Assembly: GCA_963765205.1 (NCBI GenBank)
Contig: CAVXVB010000005.1
Span: forward strand, 288,001-352,000
Direction of reading: 5' to 3'
Length of the DNA: 64,000 nucleotides
DNA from: an uncultured Verrucomicrobiae bacterium
Lineage (GTDB): Bacteria; Verrucomicrobiota; Verrucomicrobiia; Opitutales; JABDGR01
In this document: piece after piece, positions 23,494-33,099 of the stretch
Layout of the letters: every line of letters begins with the position of its first letter
Numbering within the stretch: the first letter of the stretch is position 1
Notes under the pieces: model-generated
Database searches by the model: none
The model's input: only the letters and a program-made list of their open reading frames with translations
Told to the model about the DNA's origin: nothing
Made by a program: the position numbers and the translations under genes

Positions 23494-24786
23494 TTAACGG
23501 CGGCCACGCTGCCCACCATCTTGTGGTGTTGGGGCAGACTGAGATTCTGATGGCATGGCGCGGGGGGCAAACTGGGGCGGCGGGCTGGCGGCGGCGCGGC
23601 TGGCCTGTCCACGATTGCTGTAATCCTGGGCAGTGGTGCCACGGGTGTAGGTGCCAAAGGCCGGCCCAGGTGCCGGAGCGACCTGCACCCGGGGCGTCGA
23701 TCGGGCTGGCGGTGGCGTGGAGCCAATGATCTGCGGGCCAGTGAGTTGGGCCGACGCGGACGTTTGCGGACGGATTTCATTCAAATCCGGGGCGCGATTT
23801 TGTGGCGACGGAGCCAGTGAAGGTGAGCTAATGATTTTGGGCCCGGTCTGCACAGCCGAGCGCGGCGGCGTCACCAGTTGCCCAGTGCCATCCGTGCGCC
23901 AGCCGGTCGGGTCGGGCCGGGAGGGTATACTGCTTGCCGCCGGACGAAAACCCGCCGCCGACCGTTGCGCCACGGCTGGCGCTTTCGCCATGGGCCGGGC
24001 CTGCGGTGGCACCGCAACCGGGCGATTCAACGTACGCAACAACTCGCCCTGATGGACATTGTTCGCCCGCCAAAATCCACCCCTATCCCCCGTCTGGTGG
24101 TTACGCCAATCCCGCGTATAGGCCCACCCCGGATGCCAGACCCCGATCCATATTCCGAAATCGTCCCAATCGCATTCGTAACTCAACCAGGGGCCGACGG
24201 GGTAGGGCGGGCCGAAATAGATCACCGGCCCCGTGTAGGCAACTCCATCATCGGCAAACACAACGTTGGGGTCGTATTCCGGGACGCAAATGGCATCGCT
24301 GGCCACCGGTTGGATAAGGATGTTGCTGCCATCGAGGAGATAGACTTGCTGGGGCGTATCCACGAGCGCGCCGTTGGCCCGGGCCTGGGCGCGCATTTGC
24401 TGGACCGACTCCATGACTTGCGTGGGCTGCTGGAGATACGCGCGGCCGAGGGCGGAAGTCCAGTCGAGATTGTCGCTCATCCACTGGATCACCTCGGGAT
24501 AATTTATCAACGCCTTCACGCTATCGTCCCACGGTTGGCTGGCAACTTGGGCCGGGTCACCATTCGCGGCCAGGTAGCGGGTGGCCAGGACGATGTCCGA
24601 TGGCGCCGTCGCCGCGGGTAAAATAATGGCCACCAGTGCATCGGGATACAGAGCAATCGGGCCAACTAGTTGGTCAAGCTGTTCCGGGCTGTAAGTGGTG
24701 ACGTAATCTGGCGCGGCCACCGGCGTTTGCGCGTGCAGCGTTGCCGCGAGCGCAAAAGCCAGCAAAACATGGAGAAGCTTTTTCAA
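23494..24786 (-). CDS. DUF3300-family secreted protein
   Basis: EQLDQLVGPIALYPDAL, WDDSVKAL..YPEV..WM..NL.WT..LG motifs; Pro-rich tail. Confidence 0.85.
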   Translation of the reverse strand: MKKLLHVLLAFALAATLHAQTPVAAPDYVTTYSPEQLDQLVGPIALYPDALVAIILPAATAPSDIVLATRYLAANGDPAQVASQPWDDSVKALINYPEVIQWMSDNLDWTSALGRAYLQQPTQVMESVQQMRAQARANGALVDTPQQVYLLDGSNILIQPVASDAICVPEYDPNVVFADDGVAYTGPVIYFGPPYPVGPWLSYECDWDDFGIWIGVWHPGWAYTRDWRNHQTGDRGGFWRANNVHQGELLRTLNRPVAVPPQARPMAKAPAVAQRSAAGFRPAASSIPSRPDPTGWRTDGTGQLVTPPRSAVQTGPKIISSPSLAPSPQNRAPDLNEIRPQTSASAQLTGPQIIGSTPPPARSTPRVQVAPAPGPAFGTYTRGTTAQDYSNRGQASRAAASPPPQFAPRAMPSESQSAPTPQDGGQRGRR

Positions 24787-24973
24787 AAGTAAAACGGCTA
24801 TATCTTAAGACCCCGTGTAGGTTGGGTTGGTTCCTTCCAAAACGCAAGCGCATCGGTCACGGGCCTGCTTGGATGCGACAGACTATAAGAAGAACCCGGT
24901 TTGCCGGCAATGGGGTGAACACCCCCTTCGACTATCCAACCGATGTACAACATGCTTTTCAGGCCGTTATTAA

Positions 24974-26059
24974 TCAAGCTGATTCGGTCTTGATTCGGCG
25001 GCGGGGGATGGGCGCGCCGCCGCCTAGTTGCGCAATTGTCTCTTCCAAGACCGCCACCCTTTTGAACAAATCCGGCAGGCGCGATTTGAGCACATGAACC
25101 TTCTGCGCGATCATATAGGGCATCGCCGGGCTGTCCCGCACATAGCTTTTGGGATCGAGATCGTGGGTGACTCCGCTTTGCGCGCCAATCATCGTCTGCG
25201 CGCCGATATGGAGGTGGCCAGTCAGCCCGGCCTGGCCGCCAACCACAATGTAATCCTCCAGCGTTGTGCTGCCCGAAATGCCCACTTGGGCGGCGATGAG
25301 ACAATGTTTGCCGATGACGACGTTGTGCGCGATTTGCACCAGATTATCCACCTTGGTGCCTTCGCCGATGCGCGTCTCGTTGAACCGCGCGCGATCCACC
25401 GTGGTGCTCGCGCCGATCTCCACGTCGTCTTCAATAATCACGCGGCCGATTTGGGGGATTTTTTCGTGGACGCCTTTGTTGGTGTCATAGCCAAAGCCAT
25501 CCGAACCAATGACCACGCCGGAGTGCAGGCGCACTCGCCGGCCCAGCGCGCAATATTCCATCACTGAAACTTGGGGCATCAGCCAGCAATCCGGCCCGAT
25601 GCGGGCGTCGCGCCCAACATAAACCTGTGCCTGGAGAACCGTGCCCGGGCCGATGGCCGCCCCTGGCTCGACCACGCAGAGCGGCCCGACATGTGCGGAA
25701 GCATCCACTTGCGCGCCCGCCTGCACCACCGCCGTCGGATGTATACCGGGCGGCAGCTTAGGCCAAAGCAGGCGCTCGATTTCGCGGCAGATCCGCGCCA
25801 AGGCCAACGAGGGCTTGGGCAGGCGGATAAAGGCCTGTCCCGCCGCTGGCTGGCCTTGGAAGTCCTCGGGCAGCAAGATGACGCTGGCACCGCACACGGC
25901 CACATCCGCCTTGTATTTCAAGTTGCCGAGAAACGCGAGATCGCCCACCTTGGCCTGTTTGAGCGCCGCGATGCCGGACACCGGCTGCGCGGCGGAGCCT
26001 TCCACGCGGCCTTCGCCGACCAGGCGCACAATGTCCTCCACTGTATAAGCAAGGGGCAC
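24974..26059 (-). CDS. lpxD: UDP-3-O-acylglucosamine N-acyltransferase
   Basis: Hexapeptide repeats, [20 protein letters not shown]; adjacent to skp. Confidence 0.95.
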   Translation of the reverse strand: MPLAYTVEDIVRLVGEGRVEGSAAQPVSGIAALKQAKVGDLAFLGNLKYKADVAVCGASVILLPEDFQGQPAAGQAFIRLPKPSLALARICREIERLLWPKLPPGIHPTAVVQAGAQVDASAHVGPLCVVEPGAAIGPGTVLQAQVYVGRDARIGPDCWLMPQVSVMEYCALGRRVRLHSGVVIGSDGFGYDTNKGVHEKIPQIGRVIIEDDVEIGASTTVDRARFNETRIGEGTKVDNLVQIAHNVVIGKHCLIAAQVGISGSTTLEDYIVVGGQAGLTGHLHIGAQTMIGAQSGVTHDLDPKSYVRDSPAMPYMIAQKVHVLKSRLPDLFKRVAVLEETIAQLGGGAPIPRRRIKTESA

Positions 26060-26166
26060 GGAGAGTAAACTAAGGCTGGCCGCGAGGCGCGCAAATGAAA
26101 ACGGCGCCGGCGCATTAAATGACGCGCGGCGCCGGTTTCCGTATTCCGGACGGGCCGGAAGGCTGA

Positions 26167-26859
26167 TTACTTTGTGGCTGAACTGGCGGCCGGTTTGGTT
26201 GCCGTGGTGTCGGTACCCGTCGTGGGCATCAGGCTTGGCAGGCTGGCGCCAGCCGGGGCGGTGGTGCTGGCCGGGTTGGCTGCGGCCGCCGCGGTGGCGT
26301 CGGCATTCAGCTCGTCCAGCACATCCTTGGTGACGTCAATCGTGGTCTTGCCATCGCTATAGAGCACGGGGGCCAGCATGCCCAGCGCGGAGGAATTCAA
26401 GACCAGGCTCGCCTTCTTTTTTTCGGCGATGCCCTTGACGGCGGTCTTGATTTTTTCCAACTGCTCTTGCACCAGTGTTTGTTGGTTGGTTTGAATCACG
26501 TTTTGGCTGTTTTGATAAAAGGACTGGATATCCGTCTTTTCCTTCGTTATTTGGTCGTTCACGGAGGCCGCCTGTTTGCGGTAGGCGTCACGGGAATCCT
26601 GCAGGTTGGCCGGGTTGTCGGCCTGTTGTTGCAGTTGGTCGGCCTCGGTCTGTAATTTTTGCAGGTCCGCGCCTTGGTTGTTCAAATAAGTCCGGTAGGT
26701 TTCGGTGGTGGCGTTTATTTGCTGGAGCTTGGCTTTGACCTCGATCAAATTATTAAAGACTCCGCTGATGTCAACGACCAGGACGGTTTGGGCGTGCATC
26801 GGTAGAGCCGACGCCACGGCAATGAGAATGGGGATGATGATTTTCTTCATGGTAAGCAA
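26167..26859 (-). CDS. skp: OmpH/Skp periplasmic chaperone
   Basis: Signal peptide, VVD...VF start, coiled-coil body, LYSD...DVTKDVL; upstream of lpxD. Confidence 0.75.
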   Translation of the reverse strand: MLTMKKIIIPILIAVASALPMHAQTVLVVDISGVFNNLIEVKAKLQQINATTETYRTYLNNQGADLQKLQTEADQLQQQADNPANLQDSRDAYRKQAASVNDQITKEKTDIQSFYQNSQNVIQTNQQTLVQEQLEKIKTAVKGIAEKKKASLVLNSSALGMLAPVLYSDGKTTIDVTKDVLDELNADATAAAAANPASTTAPAGASLPSLMPTTGTDTTATKPAASSATK

Positions 26860-27078
26860 TTGATTAAATAAGAAAGTTGGGGCTTAGGCGAGCAAAAATG
26901 AAGAGGAAAAGCGCCTCTTCAATAGGGGCGGCTGAGCCTCCGCCCCGGGAAAGTATCGGTCGCGGGGAGAGCCGCCTCCCCCATACCGACGCGGCCCACC
27001 TTCGCACAATATCCGGCGCTTTCCCATCCCGGAATTGTCAGACTTTCGTCAAGAACGCGGCTGTTCCCGCCGCACCCG

Positions 27079-27891
27079 TTAATCTGCCATCATGGGGCGA
27101 ATAATCTTTTTGTCTTTCAAGACCCGTGGGGCCGTCAGCGCGCGTTGCAGGAAGGCGTGGCCTTGTTCGACCGACTCGACCAGGCCCAGGCCCCGTGCCA
27201 GATAGGCCGTGATGGCCGCTGAAAGTATGCAGCCGCCCCCATGCGTCTCCACGCCGTGAACGCGGGGTGCTTGCAGCCTCGCCCGCACGCCTTCCGGCCC
27301 GGCCAGCACATCCACCACCGGATTGAGCGGAAAATGGCCGCCCTTCAGCAGGACCGGGACGCCAAATTGCCGGGCCAAGGCCAGGGCGGTGTGCTCCATC
27401 GCGATGGGCGTCGTTTCGGGCCGCTGGCCCAGCAATGCCGCCGCCTCGTCAAAATTTGGCGTGATCAACGTCGCCTTCGGCAGCAGGCGCTCGCTCAGCA
27501 TCTGCACCGCCGAAGGCTCGATCAGCATCGCGCCGGAACTGGAAATCATCACCGGGTCCACCACCACCGGCAACCCCAGGCCCGGCTGGATGAAATCGGC
27601 CACCACCTCGATGATCTCGGTCTTGAGCAACATGCCAACCTTGACCGCCCCGACCGGGTAATAAGCCATCACTTGCTGGATTTGCGCCCGCACGAATTCC
27701 GCGGGCACCGCATGCACATCCGCCACGCCGACGTGGTTCTGCGCGGTCAGCGCCGTGATCGCCGTCGTGCCATACACCCCGCACGCGGCAAAGGTCAGCA
27801 GATCAGCCTGGATGCCCGCCGCGCCGCCGGAGTCGGATCCGGCGATGCTCAACGCGGCAACCAGGTTCGCGGAGGTGGGGGCGGGGACCAT
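27079..27891 (-). CDS. thiD: HMP/HMP-P kinase
   Basis: [29 protein letters not shown] and LLKGGH motifs. Confidence 0.93.
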   Translation of the reverse strand: MVPAPTSANLVAALSIAGSDSGGAAGIQADLLTFAACGVYGTTAITALTAQNHVGVADVHAVPAEFVRAQIQQVMAYYPVGAVKVGMLLKTEIIEVVADFIQPGLGLPVVVDPVMISSSGAMLIEPSAVQMLSERLLPKATLITPNFDEAAALLGQRPETTPIAMEHTALALARQFGVPVLLKGGHFPLNPVVDVLAGPEGVRARLQAPRVHGVETHGGGCILSAAITAYLARGLGLVESVEQGHAFLQRALTAPRVLKDKKIIRPMMAD

Positions 27892-27904
27892 GCGCCAGAC
27901 TATG

Positions 27905-28138
27905 AACATTTAACATCCAACCTTCAACATCCAACATCGAACGCCCAACGCTCAACATCCAATGGCCAATCTCGAATTCACTGTCCGCAACCTCCAATAA
28001 CTCACATCAAGTATAATGGGGACACGGTCAAACAGGACGCTAATTTGGCATCTGAATTCGATGTTGAATGTTGAGAGTTGGGAGTTGGATGTTGAAGGTT
28101 CGATGTTGGATGTTCAATGTTCGATGTTGGATGTTGAT
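27905..28138. repeat. Pair of inverted heptamer tandem arrays (CAACATY units vs RATGTTG units)
   Basis: Left array AACATCC/AACATCG/AACGCTC at 27905-27963; complementary right array GATGTTG/AATGTTC at 28057-28138; ~93 bp spacer. Confidence 0.9.
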
Positions 28139-28144
28139 TTGACC

Positions 28145-29530
28145 ATGCCCGAGCCGCTCCAATCCTCCTTCTTCGAAGAGTCCGCCCGCACGCAGCCGGG
28201 CGGCGAGGCGGCGCCGACTGACGCCGCGCCCGGCGCGCCCGGCTTCCATCGCCCCCTTGCCTTGCGGATGCGCCCCCACATGCTGGCCGAGGTCATCGGC
28301 CACGAGCACCTGCTCGGGCCGGACAGCCTGTTGCCGCGCCTCGTGCGCACGGATACTTTTGGCAGCCTCCTCTTCTACGGCCCGCCCGGTTGCGGCAAGA
28401 CGACGCTCGCCGAAGTTATCGCGCGCGAAACGCGCAGCCGCTTCGTGCGCATCAATGCCGTGCTTTCGAACACCACCGAATTGCGCGACGAGCTGCGCCT
28501 GGCTCGCGCCCGCCCCACCGAGCGCACCATCCTCTTCATTGACGAAATCCACCGCTTCAACAAAGCGCAGCAAGACCTGCTCCTGCCCGATGTCGAAGCC
28601 GGGAATATCCGCCTCATCGGCGCGACGACCCACAACCCTGGCTTCTACGTCATCGCCCCACTCCTCAGCCGCAGCCACCTCTTTCGCCTCGAACCCCTGC
28701 CTCCCGACGCCGTGGCGAAAGTTTTGCGCCGCGCCCTCGACGATTCTGTCCGCGGCCTCGGCAACCTCCGGGTGCGTGCCGATGCCGCTGTGCTCGATGG
28801 CTTGGCCAAATTATGCGACGGCGACCTGCGCCGCGCGCTTAACGCCCTCGAAACCCTTGCCCTCAGCCAGCCGCTCGGCGGCGAAATCACCGCCGAGGCC
28901 CTCGCCGTCTTCGCGCGCGAGCGGCGCATCCGCTACGACGCCAATGAAGACGAGCATTACGACACTGCCTCCGCCTACATCAAAAGTATGCGCGGCGGCG
29001 ACCCCGACGCCGCGATTTACTGGATGACCAAGATGCTTGAAGGCGGCGAAGACCCGCGCTTCATCGCCCGGCGCCTTGTCATTCTGGCCTCGGAGGACGT
29101 GGGCCTGGCCGATTCGCGCGGGCTGCCGCTGGCGGTCGCGGCCTTCCAGGCCTGCGAGCAAGTCGGCCTGCCCGAATGCGCGCTCAACCTCGCGCACGCG
29201 ACCCTGTTCCTCGCGACGGCCCCCAAAAGCAATTCCGCCACCCGCGCACTCGGCGCGGCCCGCGCGGCGCTCAAGAACGAACCCGTGCAGCCCGTGCCCC
29301 TGTGGCTGCGCGACAGCCACACTGAGACGAACAAAAAACTCGGCCAAGGCGAAGGCTACTTATACAGCCACGAATTCCCCGAGGCGATTTCCGGCCAGGA
29401 CTATCTGGAAAAGTATCTGCAACTCTACGACCCCGGCCCCCAGCCCGCCGGCGCGGAAACCGCCATCGTGGAAAGGCTGGAACGATGGCGGAAACTGAAA
29501 GAGGCAAAGAAGGTAGAAGGTAGAAGGTAG
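28145..29530 (+). CDS. rarA: Replication-associated recombination protein A (MgsA/RarA)
   Basis: PLA.RMRP, GPPGCGKTT, DEIHRFNKAQQD, SAYIKSMRGGDPDAA, ASEDVG and PKSNS motifs. Confidence 0.95.
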   Translation: MPEPLQSSFFEESARTQPGGEAAPTDAAPGAPGFHRPLALRMRPHMLAEVIGHEHLLGPDSLLPRLVRTDTFGSLLFYGPPGCGKTTLAEVIARETRSRFVRINAVLSNTTELRDELRLARARPTERTILFIDEIHRFNKAQQDLLLPDVEAGNIRLIGATTHNPGFYVIAPLLSRSHLFRLEPLPPDAVAKVLRRALDDSVRGLGNLRVRADAAVLDGLAKLCDGDLRRALNALETLALSQPLGGEITAEALAVFARERRIRYDANEDEHYDTASAYIKSMRGGDPDAAIYWMTKMLEGGEDPRFIARRLVILASEDVGLADSRGLPLAVAAFQACEQVGLPECALNLAHATLFLATAPKSNSATRALGAARAALKNEPVQPVPLWLRDSHTETNKKLGQGEGYLYSHEFPEAISGQDYLEKYLQLYDPGPQPAGAETAIVERLERWRKLKEAKKVEGRR

Positions 29531-29547
29531 AAGATGGAAGATGAAAG
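29505..29547 (+). repeat. Heptamer tandem repeat GAAGGTA/GAAGATG at the end of rarA
   Basis: GAAGGTA GAAGGTA GAAGGTA GAAGATG GAAGATG, with a partial complement near 29590-29610. Confidence 0.7.
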
Positions 29548-29632
29548 GCAGATCCATTCTGTTTTCTTTCCGGTTTGCGTCTTCGCCTGCCACCTCCTAC
29601 CTTTTTCATCCATGCAACCTTTCAGTGGCTTC

Positions 29633-30112
29633 ATGACTAGCAGCGAACGTGCCGTGCCGTGGTGGCGGCCCGTGCTGCGCTGGCTGGTCATCGCGTTAAG
29701 CGTGGTCCTCGCCGCGCACACCTCGCGCGGCATCTCCTACAACGGCCCGGGCAGCCTCGGGCCGCACGGGCTGGGCACGTTGGCGCTGATTGTGTTCACG
29801 CTGAGCGTGTTTAACATCATCCTCCGGCCGGTTTTGTTCTTTTTCACCCTGCCATTCGTTTTAGTGACCCTTGGTCTGGGTATGTTGGTGATCAATGCCC
29901 TGCTATTTCTGCTGGCGGGGCAAGTGGTGCCAGGTTTTCATGTGGCGGGCTTTTGGTCGGCTTTTTGGGGGGCGCTGGTCGTCAGCGTGATGTCGTTCAT
30001 CGCCAACCGCTGGCTCGGGCGGCGGCGCTTTGTCGCCACAACGCGCGGGTTGGGCGGGCGGCCGCCCCATTCCCCCTCTGCGCGCCGCGACAACGATGTG
30101 ATTGACGTTTAA
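29633..30112 (+). CDS. YvlD/DUF360 (phage holin 4 family) membrane protein
   Basis: FNIILRPVL..FTLP...VTLGL...VINALL...VPGF.V.GFWSAFWGALV motif. Confidence 0.85.
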   Translation: MTSSERAVPWWRPVLRWLVIALSVVLAAHTSRGISYNGPGSLGPHGLGTLALIVFTLSVFNIILRPVLFFFTLPFVLVTLGLGMLVINALLFLLAGQVVPGFHVAGFWSAFWGALVVSVMSFIANRWLGRRRFVATTRGLGGRPPHSPSARRDNDVIDV

Positions 30113-30141
30113 GACCGTTGGGCGTATCTTCTTTTCCACTT

Positions 30142-30537
30142 ATGGCAAACGAAGAAGTCGAGTTTACGCACGGAGCGACCATCCTGCGCCAGGGTGATGC
30201 CGGCGGCTATTTCTACATCCTCCTCGGCGGCGCCGTCGAGGTGTATAAGGACAACATTCTGCTCGCGACCATGATGTTCCCCGGCACCATCTTTGGCGAG
30301 ATGTCCGACCTGCTCGGCAAACCCCGCACCTGCACCATCAAGGCCAAGGGCACCGCGCGCCTGACCAAAATCATGGCACTGCCCGTCGAACGGCTCGTCG
30401 TCGAGCAGCCGGACATCGTCGTCAAAATCCTCAAGACCCTCGCCACCCGCCTCGAACGCACCACGCAAAAGCTCTCGGACAACTCGAAGGATTCGCCCAT
30501 GTGGTCGGTGGATGGCGGGAAAAAACCCCTCGCGTGA
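30142..30537 (+). CDS. Cyclic-nucleotide-binding domain protein
   Basis: I.RQGD...YFYILLGG.VEV, G.IFGEM..L.G.PRT. Confidence 0.85.
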   Translation: MANEEVEFTHGATILRQGDAGGYFYILLGGAVEVYKDNILLATMMFPGTIFGEMSDLLGKPRTCTIKAKGTARLTKIMALPVERLVVEQPDIVVKILKTLATRLERTTQKLSDNSKDSPMWSVDGGKKPLA

Positions 30538-30660
30538 GCCGCGCCCGGCGGTTTAGGCTGCGGTGGCCATCCTACCAACCCCCGCCCGCGGCGCCCATCC
30601 GCGCCGCGGTATTTTGCTTCGCGCCGTCGGTTGATCCGAACTCTTCCATTACAAATTACC

Positions 30661-31143
30661 ATGAAATCCCACATCTTTTTCACTGCCTGCGCCGTCCTGC
30701 TGGCGACCGCCGCCCCCTCGACGGCCCGCGCCGCCGACACTTGGGACTACGACAAGCTCAACACCCAGGCCGATATCGTCGTCGTCGCCACCCCCTTGTC
30801 GGTGAAAGATTTCGGGGGAGAGTACTTTTCTGCCCGGCATTCAGGAAATGGGCGCCGATGGCAAGGCCAAGGCCGTGGCGGCGCTCGGCATGCAGGCCAG
30901 CTTCGAGATCGAATTGCTGCTCAAGGGCAACTGGCCGATGAACCGCCTCGAATTCTATTACCTGCGCGAAGCCCGCCCGCCCGCCCAGCCAGTGCCCGGC
31001 GGCCCGCAGCTCGTCAGCTTTGACCCGAAGAAAAAGCTCCGCTACCTCATGTTCCTGAAGCTCGCCAAGGACGGCCGCTTCGAGTCCGTCACCGGCCAAA
31101 CCGACCCGGGCCTCGCCATCAAAGAAGTCGCGCCAATCCCTGA
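30661..31143 (+). CDS. Secreted hypothetical protein with a frameshift near 30810-30830; true 3' end uncertain
   Basis: Signal peptide MKSHIFF...ARA in one frame continues as ESTFLPGIQEMGADG... in the 30848 frame. Confidence 0.5.
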
Positions 31144-31167
31144 GCCGCCGCGCGGTTGGAAAAGAAG

Positions 31168-31239
31168 TGGGCCGGCGGGGACTCGAACCCCGAACCAACG
31201 GCTTAAAAGGCCGCTGCTCTACCATTGAGCTACCAGCCC
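31168..31239 (-). tRNA. tRNA-Lys(TTT), CCA not encoded
   Basis: GGGCTGG TA GCTC AATGGTA GAGC A GCGGC CTTTTAA GCCGT TGGTT CGGGG TTCGAGT CCCCG CCGGCCC A folds into a cloverleaf. Confidence 0.96.
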
Positions 31240-31330
31240 GAAAGTATTTATAAAGAGTGACTTAAGGGATTAAAACCAACGTCAAATTTAGCACTAGTCT
31301 CCCGATATTGTAACCCGGTAGCATTGGGGC

Positions 31331-31615
31331 ATGAAACAAACCGTGCCACCCCCATATCAATCGGGTTATACGCGTGTTGCTGAGTGCCTGTATCGAAATG
31401 ATGCATCGGGCAACGACTATGCGTTGTTAAAGAAAAACGGCAAGCAAATACGCCGTTCGCTCAAGACTGCCGGGCGCAAACTGGCAGAGCGCCGTCTGGT
31501 TGATTTTAAGGAGAGGGTTACCCAAGTGCATAGTTCCGTTAACATTGGGGAGGATGTTGTCATAAAGTTTTGGAGGCTAATGGCTATTGCCCGCCGCAGA
31601 TACTATTGGTGGTGA
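31331..31615 (+). pseudogene. Truncated tyrosine integrase (N-terminal region only)
   Basis: RVAECLYR..ASG..YALLKKNGKQIRRSLKT..RKLAERRL.DF resembles PVC integrase N-termini; no catalytic domain follows; lies next to the att repeat. Confidence 0.7.
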
Positions 31616-33097
31616 TGCGGTATCTGTGCGGTTCCACCAACCGCCGCCAACGGCTTGGAACAACACTGCCGTGTCGGCCAGGCGATTGGCCTGGGCTTGA
31701 ATGAGGCCAATCCGCGCCTGCTGGTAGGTCTGCTCGGCGTTGAGGGTCGAGAGATAAGAGACATCGCCCAATTCCACTTGCCGGCGGACGATGGCGAGAC
31801 TTTCCGCAGCGGATTGTTCCGCCGCCAGAGAGGCTTTGACGGCATCCGCGTCGGATTGCAGGCCGGTCAAGGCATCGGCGACATTTTGGAAGGCGGCGAT
31901 AACGGTGCTGCGGTATTGCGCGGCGGAAGCGTCATAGGCGGCTTCGGCTCCACGTTGTTTGGATAAAAGCGTGCCGCCCTCGAATATTGGTTGCGTGATC
32001 CCGGCGCCAATGCTCCAAAACTGGTTGCCCGGGGTAAACAATTGGTTGAGCATGGTCGCCACGCTGCCGCCGCTGGCGCTAAGCGTGATATTGGGCAGGC
32101 GGTTGGCGACGGCGACGCCCACGAGTGCGCTGGCCGCATGAAGATTCGCCTCCGCCGAGCGCACATCGGGGCGCTGTTCAACCAATTTCGACGGCAGGCT
32201 GACCGGCAAATCCTGGGGAAGTTGCAGGCTGGCGAGGTCGAAGACCGGCACGGAGTTGTCGCTGGGAAAGCGCCCGGCGAGCGCGGTCAGGAGATCGCGT
32301 TGCTGCGCCAATTGTTTTTGTAATGGAGGCAAGCCCGCCTGCGCCTGGGCCAGCGCCGCCTCCTGCGCTTTAACATCGGCCTGGGCGATTTGCCCAAGGT
32401 CGTATTGTTTGTGCATGACTTCGAGTTGCTCGCTATTAATCTTGATCACCTCCTCCGTTGCGGCAATTTGCTCGCGTAGAGACCCTTCCTGCACCGCCGT
32501 GGCCACGACACTGGAGGTCAAAGTCAAATAGGCCGCTTCAAGCTGGAAACGCTGCGCATCCTCTTGCGCTTGCAACGACTCCACCGTCCGCCGGTTAAGT
32601 CCAAAAAGGTCGAGCGTCCAAATGGCGTTTAGTTGCGCGGTGTAGAGATTGAAGAGCAAAACAGACGAGGTTAAAGATGGCGAGGGCTGCCCGGCATTTT
32701 GGTTGCGCGTCGGTGTGAAGCTGGCCTGGACACTGGGCAAATAGGCGCCCGCTTGCGCGCGCACACCTTCCTGCGCGACGCGGAGGGCGGCTTGGGCGGC
32801 TTCCAAGCTGGGATTCGTTTTGAGGGACTGCTCGATCAAATCATTCAGCGGCTGCGAATGAAACAAGGTCCACCACTGCGCAGGAATATCCGCGCCTTGG
32901 ACGAAATTTTGCGCTTCGCCATCCGACGCGTCGGCCGAGGCGGTTTGGGCGGGTAAAGGCTCTGCCGTATAACCCGCAGCCGTGGGCGGCTCGGGCTGGT
33001 GGTAATTCGGCCCCACCGCGCAACCGCCCAGCAGCAGCAGCATTGCCACCAGCGCAAGGCTGCGGCTGAACCCAACTTTGGTGATAAAATGCGCCAT
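31577..33097 (-). CDS. Efflux outer-membrane factor lipoprotein (NodT/TolC family)
   Basis: LGGCAVGPNY lipobox, WW.LF, LPSKLVEQRPDVR.AE and LFQAVGGGWW motifs. Confidence 0.93.
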   Translation of the reverse strand: MAHFITKVGFSRSLALVAMLLLLGGCAVGPNYHQPEPPTAAGYTAEPLPAQTASADASDGEAQNFVQGADIPAQWWTLFHSQPLNDLIEQSLKTNPSLEAAQAALRVAQEGVRAQAGAYLPSVQASFTPTRNQNAGQPSPSLTSSVLLFNLYTAQLNAIWTLDLFGLNRRTVESLQAQEDAQRFQLEAAYLTLTSSVVATAVQEGSLREQIAATEEVIKINSEQLEVMHKQYDLGQIAQADVKAQEAALAQAQAGLPPLQKQLAQQRDLLTALAGRFPSDNSVPVFDLASLQLPQDLPVSLPSKLVEQRPDVRSAEANLHAASALVGVAVANRLPNITLSASGGSVATMLNQLFTPGNQFWSIGAGITQPIFEGGTLLSKQRGAEAAYDASAAQYRSTVIAAFQNVADALTGLQSDADAVKASLAAEQSAAESLAIVRRQVELGDVSYLSTLNAEQTYQQARIGLIQAQANRLADTAVLFQAVGGGWWNRTDTASPPIVSAAGNSH

Positions 33098-33099
33098 GG

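Noticed and set aside
24895..24910. c-di-GMP-I riboswitch from GGCAAACC on the minus strand
   Set aside because: The following GCAAA/P2 elements are absent
27905..28138. Possible CRISPR array
   Set aside because: Tandem 7-mers with no unique spacers and no cas genes in the window
28016..28144. Repetitive N-terminal extension of RarA (SMLDV repeats)
   Set aside because: Translation of the heptamer array; the likely start is 28145
29633..30112. Prophage lysis gene
   Set aside because: YvlD/DUF360 proteins are common chromosomal membrane proteins, and no phage genes are nearby
31143..31228. Coding extension of the 30848 ORF antisense across tRNA-Lys
   Set aside because: The tail is simply translated tRNA sequence; the true stop is probably earlier
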